DNA of 64,000 nt, from the NCBI GenBank assembly GCA_964483245.1, contig CAZABP010000016.1, forward strand, positions 5,344 through 69,343, written 5' to 3'. Position 1 is the first letter of the stretch; every line of letters begins with the position of its first letter. A program made the translations under genes and the position numbers. The notes under the pieces are model-generated. The model made no database searches, was not told where the DNA came from, and saw nothing but the letters and a program-made list of their open reading frames with translations. This document shows, piece by piece, positions 55,814 through 64,000 of the stretch. Source of the stretch: an uncultured candidatus Brocadiaceae bacterium. Its GTDB lineage: Bacteria; Planctomycetota; UBA1135; UBA2386.

Positions 55814-56419
55814 TCAGCCTTCGATCGCAGCCCGCAGCTCGGCCGCCGCGGCGCGCGGATCGGGCGCGGCGAGGATCGCGCTGGTCACCGCGATCCGGCG
55901 CGCACCCTCGGCGTGCAGCAGGCGCGCCCGTTCCGACGTGATCCCGCCGATCGCGTAGACCGGGAGCCGCGCGGCGGCGAACCCGCGCGCACGCAGCTCC
56001 GGCGTGAGTCCCTGCGTGTACCCCTTCGTCGCCGTTGCGAAGCAGGGGCCGAAGCCGGCGTAGTCGGCCCCGGCCGCAACGGCCGCCGCGAGCTGCGCCG
56101 GGTCGTGCGTGCTGACGCCGAGCAGCCGGTCCGGTCCGAGCAGTGCGCGTGCCTGCGCGGCCGGCAGGTCCGTCTGGCCGACGTGTGCGCCGGCGGCGCC
56201 GCTGCGGAGCGCGAGTTCGACGTCGTCGTTGACGACGACCGGCACGTGCTGCGCGGTGCAGATCGACAGGCAGCGCTGTAGACCCGGTTCGTCCCGCTGC
56301 GGCACGCGCCACTGCACGAGGCCGACTCCGCCGGCGATAGCCTGCTGCAGCACGTGCCAGGGATCCCCCGTGCACAGCTCCGGCGTGAACAGCAGGTACA
56401 GCGCGGGCCAACGTTCCAT
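55814..56419 (-). CDS. thiE: thiamine-phosphate synthase
   Basis: LYLLFTPE, VVVNDDVELA, GAHVGQTDL, LGVSTHD, YAIGGI motifs. Confidence 0.8.
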   Translation of the reverse strand: MERWPALYLLFTPELCTGDPWHVLQQAIAGGVGLVQWRVPQRDEPGLQRCLSICTAQHVPVVVNDDVELALRSGAAGAHVGQTDLPAAQARALLGPDRLLGVSTHDPAQLAAAVAAGADYAGFGPCFATATKGYTQGLTPELRARGFAAARLPVYAIGGITSERARLLHAEGARRIAVTSAILAAPDPRAAAAELRAAIEG

Positions 56420-56435
56420 CGCCGAAGGGGCTATC

Positions 56436-56441
56436 TATAGT
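56436..56441 (+). promoter_or_regulatory. candidate -10 box TATAGT, 8 nt upstream of ATG 56450 (possible leaderless mRNA)
   Basis: AT-rich CTATCTATAGTTT island in otherwise GC-rich DNA, within a 30-bp divergent intergenic region. Confidence 0.25.
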
Positions 56442-56449
56442 TTGCGCGC

Positions 56450-57013
56450 ATGTTCGAGGACTCGTTCCTCGCCAACTTGTCGATCTTCCTGGCCGGCCAG
56501 GCGGTCGCCTGGGCCTACCTGCACACCGGCCGGATCCGGCGCGGCGTCACGCTGATGCTGGCCGGGTGGATCCTCGCCGACGTCGCCCTCGTGGCGCGGT
56601 TCGCCTACGACGGCGGTGAGCCGCTGTATCTGCTCGCGCTGACCGCGCTGCAGATCTGGTCGCTCGGCGAAGTCGCGCTGTTCTCGTTCGCGCGGTTGCG
56701 GCGGCGGCTCGGTCCGATCCGTCGCCAGCGCGAGCAGCTGTATCGCGCGGCGTTCGTGCACTACCTGCGCAACGAACTGCCGGCGGCGCAGGGGATCTGG
56801 CGCCGGTTGGTGCGGCGCGATCCGTGGGACGTGCAGTCGACGCTGATGCTGGCGACGGTGCAGGCGCGGCTGGGCCGGCGGCGGCGCGCGCGGAGTCTGT
56901 TCCGCGCGGCGCGCGGGCTCGACCGCGAGCTGCGGATGCGGGATGTGATCCGCGACGAGCTGAAGCGGTTCGCCGCCAAGGGGCGGCGGCCGGCGGCGCC
57001 GCGGCCGGCGTAG
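56450..57013 (+). CDS. hypothetical membrane protein (3 TM helices) with a TPR-like, Arg-rich C-terminal half
   Basis: Hydrophobic N-terminal half and good GC3 frame. Confidence 0.55.
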   Translation: MFEDSFLANLSIFLAGQAVAWAYLHTGRIRRGVTLMLAGWILADVALVARFAYDGGEPLYLLALTALQIWSLGEVALFSFARLRRRLGPIRRQREQLYRAAFVHYLRNELPAAQGIWRRLVRRDPWDVQSTLMLATVQARLGRRRRARSLFRAARGLDRELRMRDVIRDELKRFAAKGRRPAAPRPA

Positions 57014-57095
57014 GCCGGAAAAGTCGCCGCCTCCGGTCCCCACGCGCGGTGACCGGAGGCGGCAGGAGCAGTCAGGAACGGAAACGGGAATTCGA

Positions 57096-57281
57096 TCAGG
57101 ACGCGCGGTGCTTCTTCTTCTCGAGCGCCGCGAAGAACCGCTGGCGATCGCGGTCGTCGAACAGCTTGACCTCGTGGCCACACTGCACGCAGAACGACTG
57201 CTGCACGCTCATCAGGTAGCGCACGTAGTCGCGGCAGTGCGCGCAGTACTTCATCTCGTTGTAGTAGTTGGCCTGGTCCAT
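57096..57281 (-). CDS. small zinc-ribbon protein (61 aa)
   Basis: MDQANYYNEMKYCAHCRDYV...FCVQCGHEV contains CxxC...CxxC. Start moved to ATG 57281. Lies downstream of queG on the same strand. Confidence 0.5.
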   Translation of the reverse strand: MDQANYYNEMKYCAHCRDYVRYLMSVQQSFCVQCGHEVKLFDDRDRQRFFAALEKKKHRAS

Positions 57282-57465
57282 GTGCTTCTTCCTCGCGGGT
57301 GCGCTCGGTGTGTCCGCAACAGACGAAGCAACGGAACTGCCAACCGGCATGAGCACATGCGGGTCCGATGCGAGCGGCGGTTGCGCATCGGCGGCGGGAT
57401 CCTGCGCTGTTGCGCAGCTGCATCACCGGGATGCGCAGACGCAACGACGTCGCAGCCGCGCAACG

Positions 57466-58584
57466 TCAGGCGCGGCCGGTGGCGTCGGCGAGCTGCGCGC
57501 GCACGGCAGGATCCTGCTCCCGGTCCAGGGCGGCCGGCAGCGCCGGATGCCGCGGGTCGATCTGCGCGATTGCCCAGGCCGCATGCTCGCGGAGCACCGG
57601 ATCCGGATCGGCGAGCGCCGCGCCGAGCGCAGGCAGCGCGGTGCCGTCGCGCAGGTTGCCGAGCACGATCGCCGCGTTGCGCCGTAGCCCCTGCCGCGTC
57701 GCGCGGCGCATCGCTGTCCCGGTCCACTCGGTCTGCCAGGCCTGTTCGTCCAGCCCGAGCACGCCGACCAAGGTCCAGGTCTCGACGACGCGGTGCGGGC
57801 GGAGGTCGTCTGACCGTGGCTCGAGCGGACGCGCCGCGCGCCCGAACCGCGTGAACGGGCAGACCTCGAGGCAGACGTCGCAGCCGAACAGCCAATCCCC
57901 CTGGGCCGCTCGCAGCTCGCGCGGGATCGGCCCGCGCAACTCGATCGTCGTGTAGCTGAGGCAGCGGCGTGCATCGACCTGGAACGGCGCCGTGATCGCG
58001 CCGGTCGGGCAGGCATCCAGACAGCGCGTGCAGGTGCCGCAGCTGCCAGTCGACGCTGCGTCGAACGGCAGCTCGAGCGGCGTCACCACCTCGCTGAGCA
58101 GCAGGTAGGGACCCAGGTGCGGCGAGATCACGCCGGCGGACTTGGCGAGGAATCCGATCCCGGCGCGCGCCGCGAGCGCGCGTTCGAGGACCGGCACGGC
58201 GTCCGGGCCGATCTTCATCTGCGCCGGCGGGACGCCGAGCCGGGCCAGTCCCGCGCGCACGCGCGCGGAAGCCTTGCCGAGCGAGCGGTGGTAGTCGCGG
58301 CCGAGCGCGTAGCGGGCGATCCGGCCGCCCCCGCGCAGGCCGCCGGCGGGGCCGCCATAGTCGCGCGCCAGCGCGACCGTGGAGCGGGCACCGGGTGACC
58401 AGCGGGTCGGGTCCTGGATCCGTTCCCGGTTGCGGTGCAGGTAGTGCATCTCCCCGGCGCGCCCGGCGTCCAGCCACGCGGCGAAGTGCTCCGCGTCCTC
58501 GCCCGGGTCTGCGGGGCCGATCCGGACGAGGTCGAAGCCGGCCTCGTGCGCCAGCTCGCGGATCCGATCGCCGAGATGCGCCAT
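57466..58584 (-). CDS. queG: epoxyqueuosine reductase
   Basis: MHYLHRN, RYALGRDYH, CGTCTRCLDACPTGA, GCDVCLEVCP, plus C-terminal HEAT-like ALADPDPVLREHAAWA. Start at ATG 58584. Confidence 0.85.
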   Translation of the reverse strand: MAHLGDRIRELAHEAGFDLVRIGPADPGEDAEHFAAWLDAGRAGEMHYLHRNRERIQDPTRWSPGARSTVALARDYGGPAGGLRGGGRIARYALGRDYHRSLGKASARVRAGLARLGVPPAQMKIGPDAVPVLERALAARAGIGFLAKSAGVISPHLGPYLLLSEVVTPLELPFDAASTGSCGTCTRCLDACPTGAITAPFQVDARRCLSYTTIELRGPIPRELRAAQGDWLFGCDVCLEVCPFTRFGRAARPLEPRSDDLRPHRVVETWTLVGVLGLDEQAWQTEWTGTAMRRATRQGLRRNAAIVLGNLRDGTALPALGAALADPDPVLREHAAWAIAQIDPRHPALPAALDREQDPAVRAQLADATGRA

Positions 58585-58943
58585 CGCAGCCGGCGGAGGA
58601 TAGCCGCCCCTAGCCACATGATCCGCGAACCCCTGCTGCGAACGGCGCAGCATCGCGCATCGCCCGCCTCCTGGCGGCGGCTTGCGCCGCCGCCGAGGCG
58701 AGCTTTGCGTCGTCAGCGCGTCAGCCGCTTCCCTGCGGCGGGGCTGAGGCCCCGCCTCGGTCGCGGCCGCCGCGCTTCCTCGCCCTGTGCGCGCTGCGAC
58801 CGTTCTCGCGACGGGCTTCACGAATCATGCGGGCTAGCAGTGTCGCGGGACCGCCCGGCGGTTCCGGGCCGCTGTATCGATTCAAGCCGAGGGCCCGGCG
58901 ATGCCGAAGGGCGCGACAGCTCCGGTCGGAGGAGCAGGCAGGC

Positions 58944-59828
58944 ATGGCAGACGCGATCCACGAGACGGCATCCCCAGCCAAGGCGCCCGCAGTCCTCGCG
59001 CCCGGTCAGTTGGTGATCCTGCGCGAGCAGGAGCTCGACTGTGACCTCGCGACTGCGATCCAACGCGTTCGCAGCAGCAGCGATACGTCGCAGAGCCGGA
59101 TCCTGATCATCGCGCCGGAGCCGGAGGCTGCGGTCGCGGAAGGCCCGCGCCTGCTGCCGCCGTTCCCGACCACGGTCGGGCAGGCGGTCCGACTCGGGGA
59201 ACGGGCGACGCTGGCCGCAATCGGCAGCCGCATGCTGCCGTTGCTCGGCTGCCTGGAGCGCTTCCTCGGCGAGCTGCACGAAGTCGCCGCCGAACTGCAC
59301 GGCAAACCGGACCTGCCGCGGGTCCGGCTGGCGGCGCGACACCGCAATCTCTGCGAGATCCTCGAGTGGGCGGATGCCGTGGCGAAGGATCTGCGCGCGG
59401 AGGCGGAGGGGGCCGCGTCCGGGTTCCGGACGCTGGACCTGCGGGAGCTGCTGGCCGAAGCAGCGCTGCGCGTCGAGGGGCTCTACCCACGGCTGCGGGT
59501 GCAGGTCCAGCCAGGCGGTGCGGGGTGCAGCCTGCCGGGCCGGGCCGGTGAGCTGGCCGAAGGGCTATATCTCGCGCTCGGGCTGACCGCGCTGCGGATT
59601 GGCGGCCGAGGCAGCATCACGGTCGAGCTGACCAGCGGCCGGGACGAGCTGGCCGTCCGCGTCCGCGGCCTGGGGACCGGGGTCGAGGTGGAGGACCCGG
59701 ACTCGGTCGAACGGCTGCGGCAGATCGCCTCGTCCCACCGCGCGCGGATCGTGCCGGACCTCGGCGGTGTCGACGGGACCGGGATGACGTTGGTCTTTCC
59801 GCTCGGTCCTGCCGCTGCGGCGAAGTAA
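58944..59828 (+). CDS. GHKL/HATPase_c-like protein with no recognisable phospho-acceptor His box
   Basis: GGAGGAG SD. C-terminal RGLGTGVEVED and GTGMTLVFPL resemble the G1/G2 boxes of histidine kinases. The N-terminal half is not recognisable. Confidence 0.5.
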   Translation: MADAIHETASPAKAPAVLAPGQLVILREQELDCDLATAIQRVRSSSDTSQSRILIIAPEPEAAVAEGPRLLPPFPTTVGQAVRLGERATLAAIGSRMLPLLGCLERFLGELHEVAAELHGKPDLPRVRLAARHRNLCEILEWADAVAKDLRAEAEGAASGFRTLDLRELLAEAALRVEGLYPRLRVQVQPGGAGCSLPGRAGELAEGLYLALGLTALRIGGRGSITVELTSGRDELAVRVRGLGTGVEVEDPDSVERLRQIASSHRARIVPDLGGVDGTGMTLVFPLGPAAAAK

Positions 59829-59983
59829 CCGGCTCTCCGCGTAACGAATCGGTCCCGATCGCGCCGGCGGACCGCGAAGGCCCGAAGGCACTTGCGGTCA
59901 GGGGTTACTACCAGTCGGACCTCGGCTATGGGATCATCGGCGCACCCGGCGGGAACCCCCCGCAGGGCTCGTGCCGAGCCCCC

Positions 59984-61000
59984 ATGGAATCCTTCCCAGC
60001 AGAGTTCCGATCGCAGGCCGCGCTGAGCGGACGCCTGTTGGAGCTCTGGGAGCTGACGGGGGACCAGCGCCTGCAGCGGTTGGCCGGGCGGCTGCGGCCG
60101 ACGGCGGAACTGGACGACGGGCCGCTGGGGGAACAGGAATACGCCGACTGGATCAGCACGACACTGATGGACTGCTTCCATCGCGGCGGCGACCCAAAGG
60201 TGTTCGCGCTGCTGTTCGAGCTGAACCAGCCGTCGTTCCTGGCGACGATCCAGGCGAAGTTGCGGCGCTCGACGAACTGCGTGGATGCGCACGACGTGCT
60301 GCAGGAAGTCTTCCTGAACATCTACCGCTACCCGAACCGGTTCCTGGTCGAGCGGCCGGACTCGTTCCGCAGCTGGGGCCACCGGATCGTGCGCAACGCG
60401 CTGCTCAAGCAGCTCAAGGCTTCTTCGCGCGACGCGCGCGTCGCCTCGATCGATCTCGAGGACAGCGGCTCGCAGTGGGAGGATCCGCGTGCGCGCACGC
60501 CGGCGCACGTCGCCGAGGACGCGGAGAGCGCCGTGCGCGTCAACCATGCGTTCCTGCTGTACCTGAACCTGTATCTGGCGCAGTTCGAGCGTCTCACGGC
60601 GAAGGAGAAGCACGCGCTGACGTTGGTCGAGATCGATGGCGCCACCTACAAGCAGGCGGCGGCCGCGCTCGGTCTCCGGCTCGAGAACCTGAAGATGGTG
60701 ATCTTCCGCGGACGGCGGAAGATCTTCCGCGGACTCGCCACGGTGCTCGCCGATCTCGGTGCACCGGCTGAGCTCGCCGACGTTCCCGCGACGATCGTGG
60801 CCGAGCAGCGGCCACGGACCGCGCGGACCGGTGCATCGCGTCCGCTCCCGATCTCCCTTCCCGCCGCGGCGCGTTCACTGCCGCAGCGGACTGCCTCCTC
60901 CCCGAAGTCCTCCCCCCACGTGGCGCGGCGATCCGCCGTGCCTCCTGCCCAAACCCCTCTGCCTGCTCACTCTGCCAGCGACGTAGCTACGGAAGTATGA
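59984..61000 (+). CDS. sigma-70 family (ECF-like) factor with about 95-aa N-terminal and 90-aa C-terminal extensions
   Basis: Region 2 DAHDVLQEVFLNIYRY...WGHRIVRNA. Region 4 LTLVEIDGATYKQAAAALGLRLENLKMVIFRGRRK. Low-complexity Pro/Ser/Ala tail. Confidence 0.75.
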   Translation: MESFPAEFRSQAALSGRLLELWELTGDQRLQRLAGRLRPTAELDDGPLGEQEYADWISTTLMDCFHRGGDPKVFALLFELNQPSFLATIQAKLRRSTNCVDAHDVLQEVFLNIYRYPNRFLVERPDSFRSWGHRIVRNALLKQLKASSRDARVASIDLEDSGSQWEDPRARTPAHVAEDAESAVRVNHAFLLYLNLYLAQFERLTAKEKHALTLVEIDGATYKQAAAALGLRLENLKMVIFRGRRKIFRGLATVLADLGAPAELADVPATIVAEQRPRTARTGASRPLPISLPAAARSLPQRTASSPKSSPHVARRSAVPPAQTPLPAHSASDVATEV

Positions 61001-62091
61001 AGACGATCGATCAAATCCGAGTCGGCTCGGATCCGTGTTTGCAGATCCAGATCGACCTCTCGGCGATGTTGGACGGCGAGCTGGACGCGGCGTCGGTGCG
61101 CCGCGTCATGGTTCACTCGGATGCCTGCCCTGCCTGCAGTGGCTTCCTGCGCGGTATCCGCAGCCAGTCACGGGCGCTCCGCAATGCCGTCGATCAGTTC
61201 GGTGCCGACATGCTGCGGCGCGGCCGGTTGCCGAGCACGGAGGCAGAGCTCGACCGGTTCGCCTTCGCGTCGGAGCGGGCGCGGGAGCTGTGCCGGCAGC
61301 TGATCGAGAACCGCCGCCAGCTGGCGCGGATCCTGTACGAGCTCGGGCGGGGATTCGTGTTGATGGGGATGTCGCCGAACTTCTCGCGGCAGGTCGAGCG
61401 TGAGCCGGTTCCGATTCCGGATGTCTGCATGCGGGGCCGCAATCTGCTGGATGAGGTGTCGCGGATCGCGCAGGGGCTCGATGGGGAGCCGCGGCTCGGC
61501 ATGGAGTGGGTGCGCGCGCGCGATCTGTTCGAATCGAACGCGATCCGCACGCCGGCGGAGAACATGGCCAAGGGGCGCCGCCTGCTCGGCGAAGCGCTCC
61601 AGCTGCAGCCGGAGATGAACGACGCGAGGATCTACCTGGGTCACGCGCACCACATCGTCGGTGAGCGGGACCTGGCGCGGCGGGAGTTCGGCTACGTGCT
61701 CGAGCAGGCGCGGGATGCGGCAACCAGGTCGCTGGCGTTGCTGCACCTGGGCAACGTGTTCCTCGAGGAGGGGGAGTACGCGCATGCGGTGCCGTACTTC
61801 CTGGAGATCGTCGAACTCGCGCGCGGCGTCGAGGCTGCCAAGCTGCCGCGCCTGATGCGCTCTGCGGCGTACTTCAATCTCGTGCTCGCCAATGGGCTGC
61901 AGCAGCAGTTCCTCGAGATGAAGGGCTGGTTGACGGCTCTACATTCTGAGTTCCCGCATCGCCGGCGCATCATTGCCGGGGAGCTTGCGAAGCGGACCCA
62001 GCTCGCCGCGGTCCTCGCGCGACATCGCGAGGTGATCCGTGAGCTCGCGTTGGCGTTCCCGGAGTGGTTCAGTCAGGTCAAGGAGTCCTGA
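60997..62091 (+). CDS. soluble zf-HC2 anti-sigma factor with TPR repeats
   Basis: ATGA overlap with the sigma gene. HSDACPAC (H-x3-C-x2-C). TPR-like helices. No TM segment seen. Confidence 0.7.
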   Translation: MKTIDQIRVGSDPCLQIQIDLSAMLDGELDAASVRRVMVHSDACPACSGFLRGIRSQSRALRNAVDQFGADMLRRGRLPSTEAELDRFAFASERARELCRQLIENRRQLARILYELGRGFVLMGMSPNFSRQVEREPVPIPDVCMRGRNLLDEVSRIAQGLDGEPRLGMEWVRARDLFESNAIRTPAENMAKGRRLLGEALQLQPEMNDARIYLGHAHHIVGERDLARREFGYVLEQARDAATRSLALLHLGNVFLEEGEYAHAVPYFLEIVELARGVEAAKLPRLMRSAAYFNLVLANGLQQQFLEMKGWLTALHSEFPHRRRIIAGELAKRTQLAAVLARHREVIRELALAFPEWFSQVKES

Positions 62092-62092
62092 G

Positions 62093-62563
62093 ATGGCTCA
62101 TACGAATCGTCCAGAAGTGTCGTTCGGCATGCAGCTCAGCCGGTTCCTGTTCGCGCTGATCGCCGCGCTGCTGTTGATCGGGCTCCCGCTGCCCGGTGAC
62201 GAGAGTGGTGGTGGCGAAGGCGGCATCGTGATCCTGCCTGGCGGCCGCAACCAGAACAACATCAGCAACCAGGGCGGGCCGCGCCTGCAGCTCCGACGCG
62301 AGCTCACGGCGCAGGACCTCGTCATGAGGCTGCCGGACAACATGGAACATGCGGTCGGAATGCTGTCGGTCGACGGTGCCGGCGCTGAGCTGCTCTGCAT
62401 CGACGAAGGTCTCTGCGTCGTGCCGGCGGGTGCGCTCGAGCAGATGCACGGCCTGAATGCGAAGGTCCTGCAGATCCAGTTCGTTGCCCCGAACCTATCC
62501 ACGTTGACGGTCGAGCTGCTGTTCGACGGCGACGGCGACGGCTACACGCTACGCGTCATGTGA
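62093..62563 (+). CDS. hypothetical small secreted or membrane-anchored protein
   Basis: AAGGAG SD, ATG at 62093, hydrophobic FLFALIAALLLIGL. Starts 1 nt after the anti-sigma stop. Confidence 0.55.
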   Translation: MAHTNRPEVSFGMQLSRFLFALIAALLLIGLPLPGDESGGGEGGIVILPGGRNQNNISNQGGPRLQLRRELTAQDLVMRLPDNMEHAVGMLSVDGAGAELLCIDEGLCVVPAGALEQMHGLNAKVLQIQFVAPNLSTLTVELLFDGDGDGYTLRVM

Positions 62564-62578
62564 GATTGCGCCGCACGG

Positions 62579-63400
62579 TCATGCGCGGCGCCCGCGCCGC
62601 GCATGACCCTGATCCACGAGCGCGCGCAGCCGAGCCGGCAGGTTCGTCGTGATCATGTCGGCGCCGGCGGCCGCCGCGCCGACCAGCGCGAGGTCCGGAT
62701 CGGCGGTGTAGACGCAGAGCAGGTAGCCGGCCTGCTGCAGCAGCGCGATCTCTTCGAGGGGCACGCGATCCCAGGCCTGGTGCACGAACGATGCGCCGGT
62801 CTCTGGCAGCCGGCGCAGCCGCGCGGCGCCGAGCGGACGGCTCGCCAGCGCGCCGAGCGTCAGCCGCGGCTCGATCGCCTGCACGGCCGCGACCCAGTCC
62901 CAGTCGAACGACTGCAGCAAGACCTGCTCGAGCAGGTCGAGTTCGCGCAGCAGGGCGACGACGGTTTCCGGGCGGCCGCCTTTGTGCTCGATCATCGCGA
63001 CGGCGCGCGGCGTGATCAGCGCGAGCGCATCTGCCAGCGACGGCACGGTGGCACCAGCATCCGCCGCGGACCGCCAGCTGCCGGCATCGAGCCGCGCGAT
63101 CTGCGCCAGCGTGTGCTGCGCGACGGCGAGATCGCACCCGCCGAACTGCGCGCGCGCATCCGTCGTCCGGTCGAGCGTCGCGTCGTGGATGCAGACCAGC
63201 GCGCCCTCCTTCGTCTCATGGATGTCGAACTCGATCGAGTCGGCCCCAGCGTCGAGTGCTGCGGTGAACGAAGGGAGCGTGTTCTCGGCGTGCGTGCCGG
63301 CGGCACCGCGATGTCCGACGACGAGCGGCCGCTCGCGGCATCGCTCGCGCAGTCGTTCGGCCAACGGCGTCTGGCGGGCGGGGCGGATCGGGGGGCTCAT
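62579..63400 (-). CDS. glycerophosphodiester phosphodiesterase (GDPD family)
   Basis: VVGHRGAAGTHAENTLPSF, SIEFDIHETKEG, VCIHDATLDRTT motifs. Start at ATG 63400. Confidence 0.8.
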   Translation of the reverse strand: MSPPIRPARQTPLAERLRERCRERPLVVGHRGAAGTHAENTLPSFTAALDAGADSIEFDIHETKEGALVCIHDATLDRTTDARAQFGGCDLAVAQHTLAQIARLDAGSWRSAADAGATVPSLADALALITPRAVAMIEHKGGRPETVVALLRELDLLEQVLLQSFDWDWVAAVQAIEPRLTLGALASRPLGAARLRRLPETGASFVHQAWDRVPLEEIALLQQAGYLLCVYTADPDLALVGAAAAGADMITTNLPARLRALVDQGHARRGRRA

Positions 63401-63457
63401 CGGACCAGCCGGCCCGCGTGAAGCCGCGGCCGGCGGGTGGCCGAAGATAGCGACGGC

Positions 63458-64000
63458 ATGGCGGCACAGGATGGGATCCCGATCCAGGCCGGCAGCGCGA
63501 CCCCGCTGCCGGGCGCAGGAGCATCCCGGGCTCCAGTGCTGCAGGTCGGGCAGGTCCTGCAGGCGACCGTCACCGCCGTGTCCGGCGATGGCCGCGTGCG
63601 ACTCGGACTGCTCGGCGTGATGCTCGACGCGCGCAGCATGGTGCCGCTGGAAGCGGGGCGCAGCTACGAGTTCACGGTCCTCGCGCTCGAGCCGGAGGTC
63701 CTGCTGCGACCTGCTGCCGCGGCTGGCACCAAGGCGCCGTTCCACGCGGGAACCCTGGCGCAGCTAGGGCCCGGGGCTGCCGAGCTCGCGCAGGCGCTGC
63801 ATGAGCTCGTCGCCGTGGCTGCACGCGGACCGGTGCGCACCACCGGCTCGCCGCCGGCTGCTGCGCCCGACCTGCCGGCGCTCGCGACCCGCCCGGACCT
63901 GCCGCCGCGCGCGGAAGAGCTCGTGCAGTTCGCGCGCCAGCTCGGGCACGACCAGGAGGCGCGCGTGCTGCGCCTGCCGCTCGATGCGCCGCGCGCCGAG
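63458..64000 (+). CDS. hypothetical protein with a FliK-like (hook-length-control-like) N-terminal motif; 3' end runs off the right edge
   Basis: Absent from the ORF track because it has no stop. ATG 63458 is open to 64000 (181 codons). GQVLQATVTAVSGDGRVRLGLLGVMLDARSMVPLEAGRSYEFTV resembles a motif common in FliK-like proteins. Confidence 0.5.
   Translation, partial: MAAQDGIPIQAGSATPLPGAGASRAPVLQVGQVLQATVTAVSGDGRVRLGLLGVMLDARSMVPLEAGRSYEFTVLALEPEVLLRPAAAAGTKAPFHAGTLAQLGPGAAELAQALHELVAVAARGPVRTTGSPPAAAPDLPALATRPDLPPRAEELVQFARQLGHDQEARVLRLPLDAPRAE

Noticed and set aside
56420-56449. TPP riboswitch upstream of thiE
   Set aside because: The divergent intergenic region is only 30 bp, too short for a TPP aptamer.

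Overview
High-GC (about 70%) bacterial chromosomal window with about 58 protein genes and one tRNA-Val(CAC). I recognised no rRNA, CRISPR array, integrase or transposase. The gene content suggests an environmental diderm rich in secreted beta-propeller proteins (FG-GAP, Kelch) and in ECF sigma/anti-sigma pairs. Four sigma-70/ECF-type genes are present, one fused to a transmembrane segment and a large periplasmic region. Housekeeping and transport genes include corA, modABC, arsM, wrbA, sugE, thrB, queA, queG, thiE, an MFP+RND pump, an ALDH7-like dehydrogenase and a cytochrome c / FeS / NrfD module. Many supplied ORFs are Arg/Pro/Ala-rich antisense or off-frame shadows typical of high-GC DNA. 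I re-called many starts using signal peptides, Shine-Dalgarno sites and the frequent ATGA/TGATG/GTGA stop-start overlaps. Two edge-truncated genes missing from the ORF track were recovered by eye (1..1505 minus, 63458..64000 plus). The most unusual locus is 21.0-25.3 kb. A two-gene cassette (FG-GAP propeller plus a galactose-oxidase-like radical copper oxidase) sits between two 121-bp direct repeats (119/121 identical). These repeats duplicate the overlapping 3' ends of a convergent anti-sigma gene and a 7-TM membrane gene. The cassette edge carries a 166-bp MITE-like element with perfect 16-bp terminal inverted repeats in a CTAG/TA context. The oxidase gene has six tandem 7-nt repeats between its SD+ATG and its signal peptide, which leave the ATG out of frame. 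Losing one repeat unit would restore the frame, so this is a candidate slipped-strand phase switch. Other items worth a second look are a heme-c / PHM-DBH-like copper monooxygenase / EF-hand fusion coupled to a thioredoxin-fold lipoprotein, an arsM gene coupled to a Cys-rich-tail ECF sigma, and an unnamed C-terminal domain shared by two propeller proteins. All family assignments rest on motifs read by eye. No database search was run.
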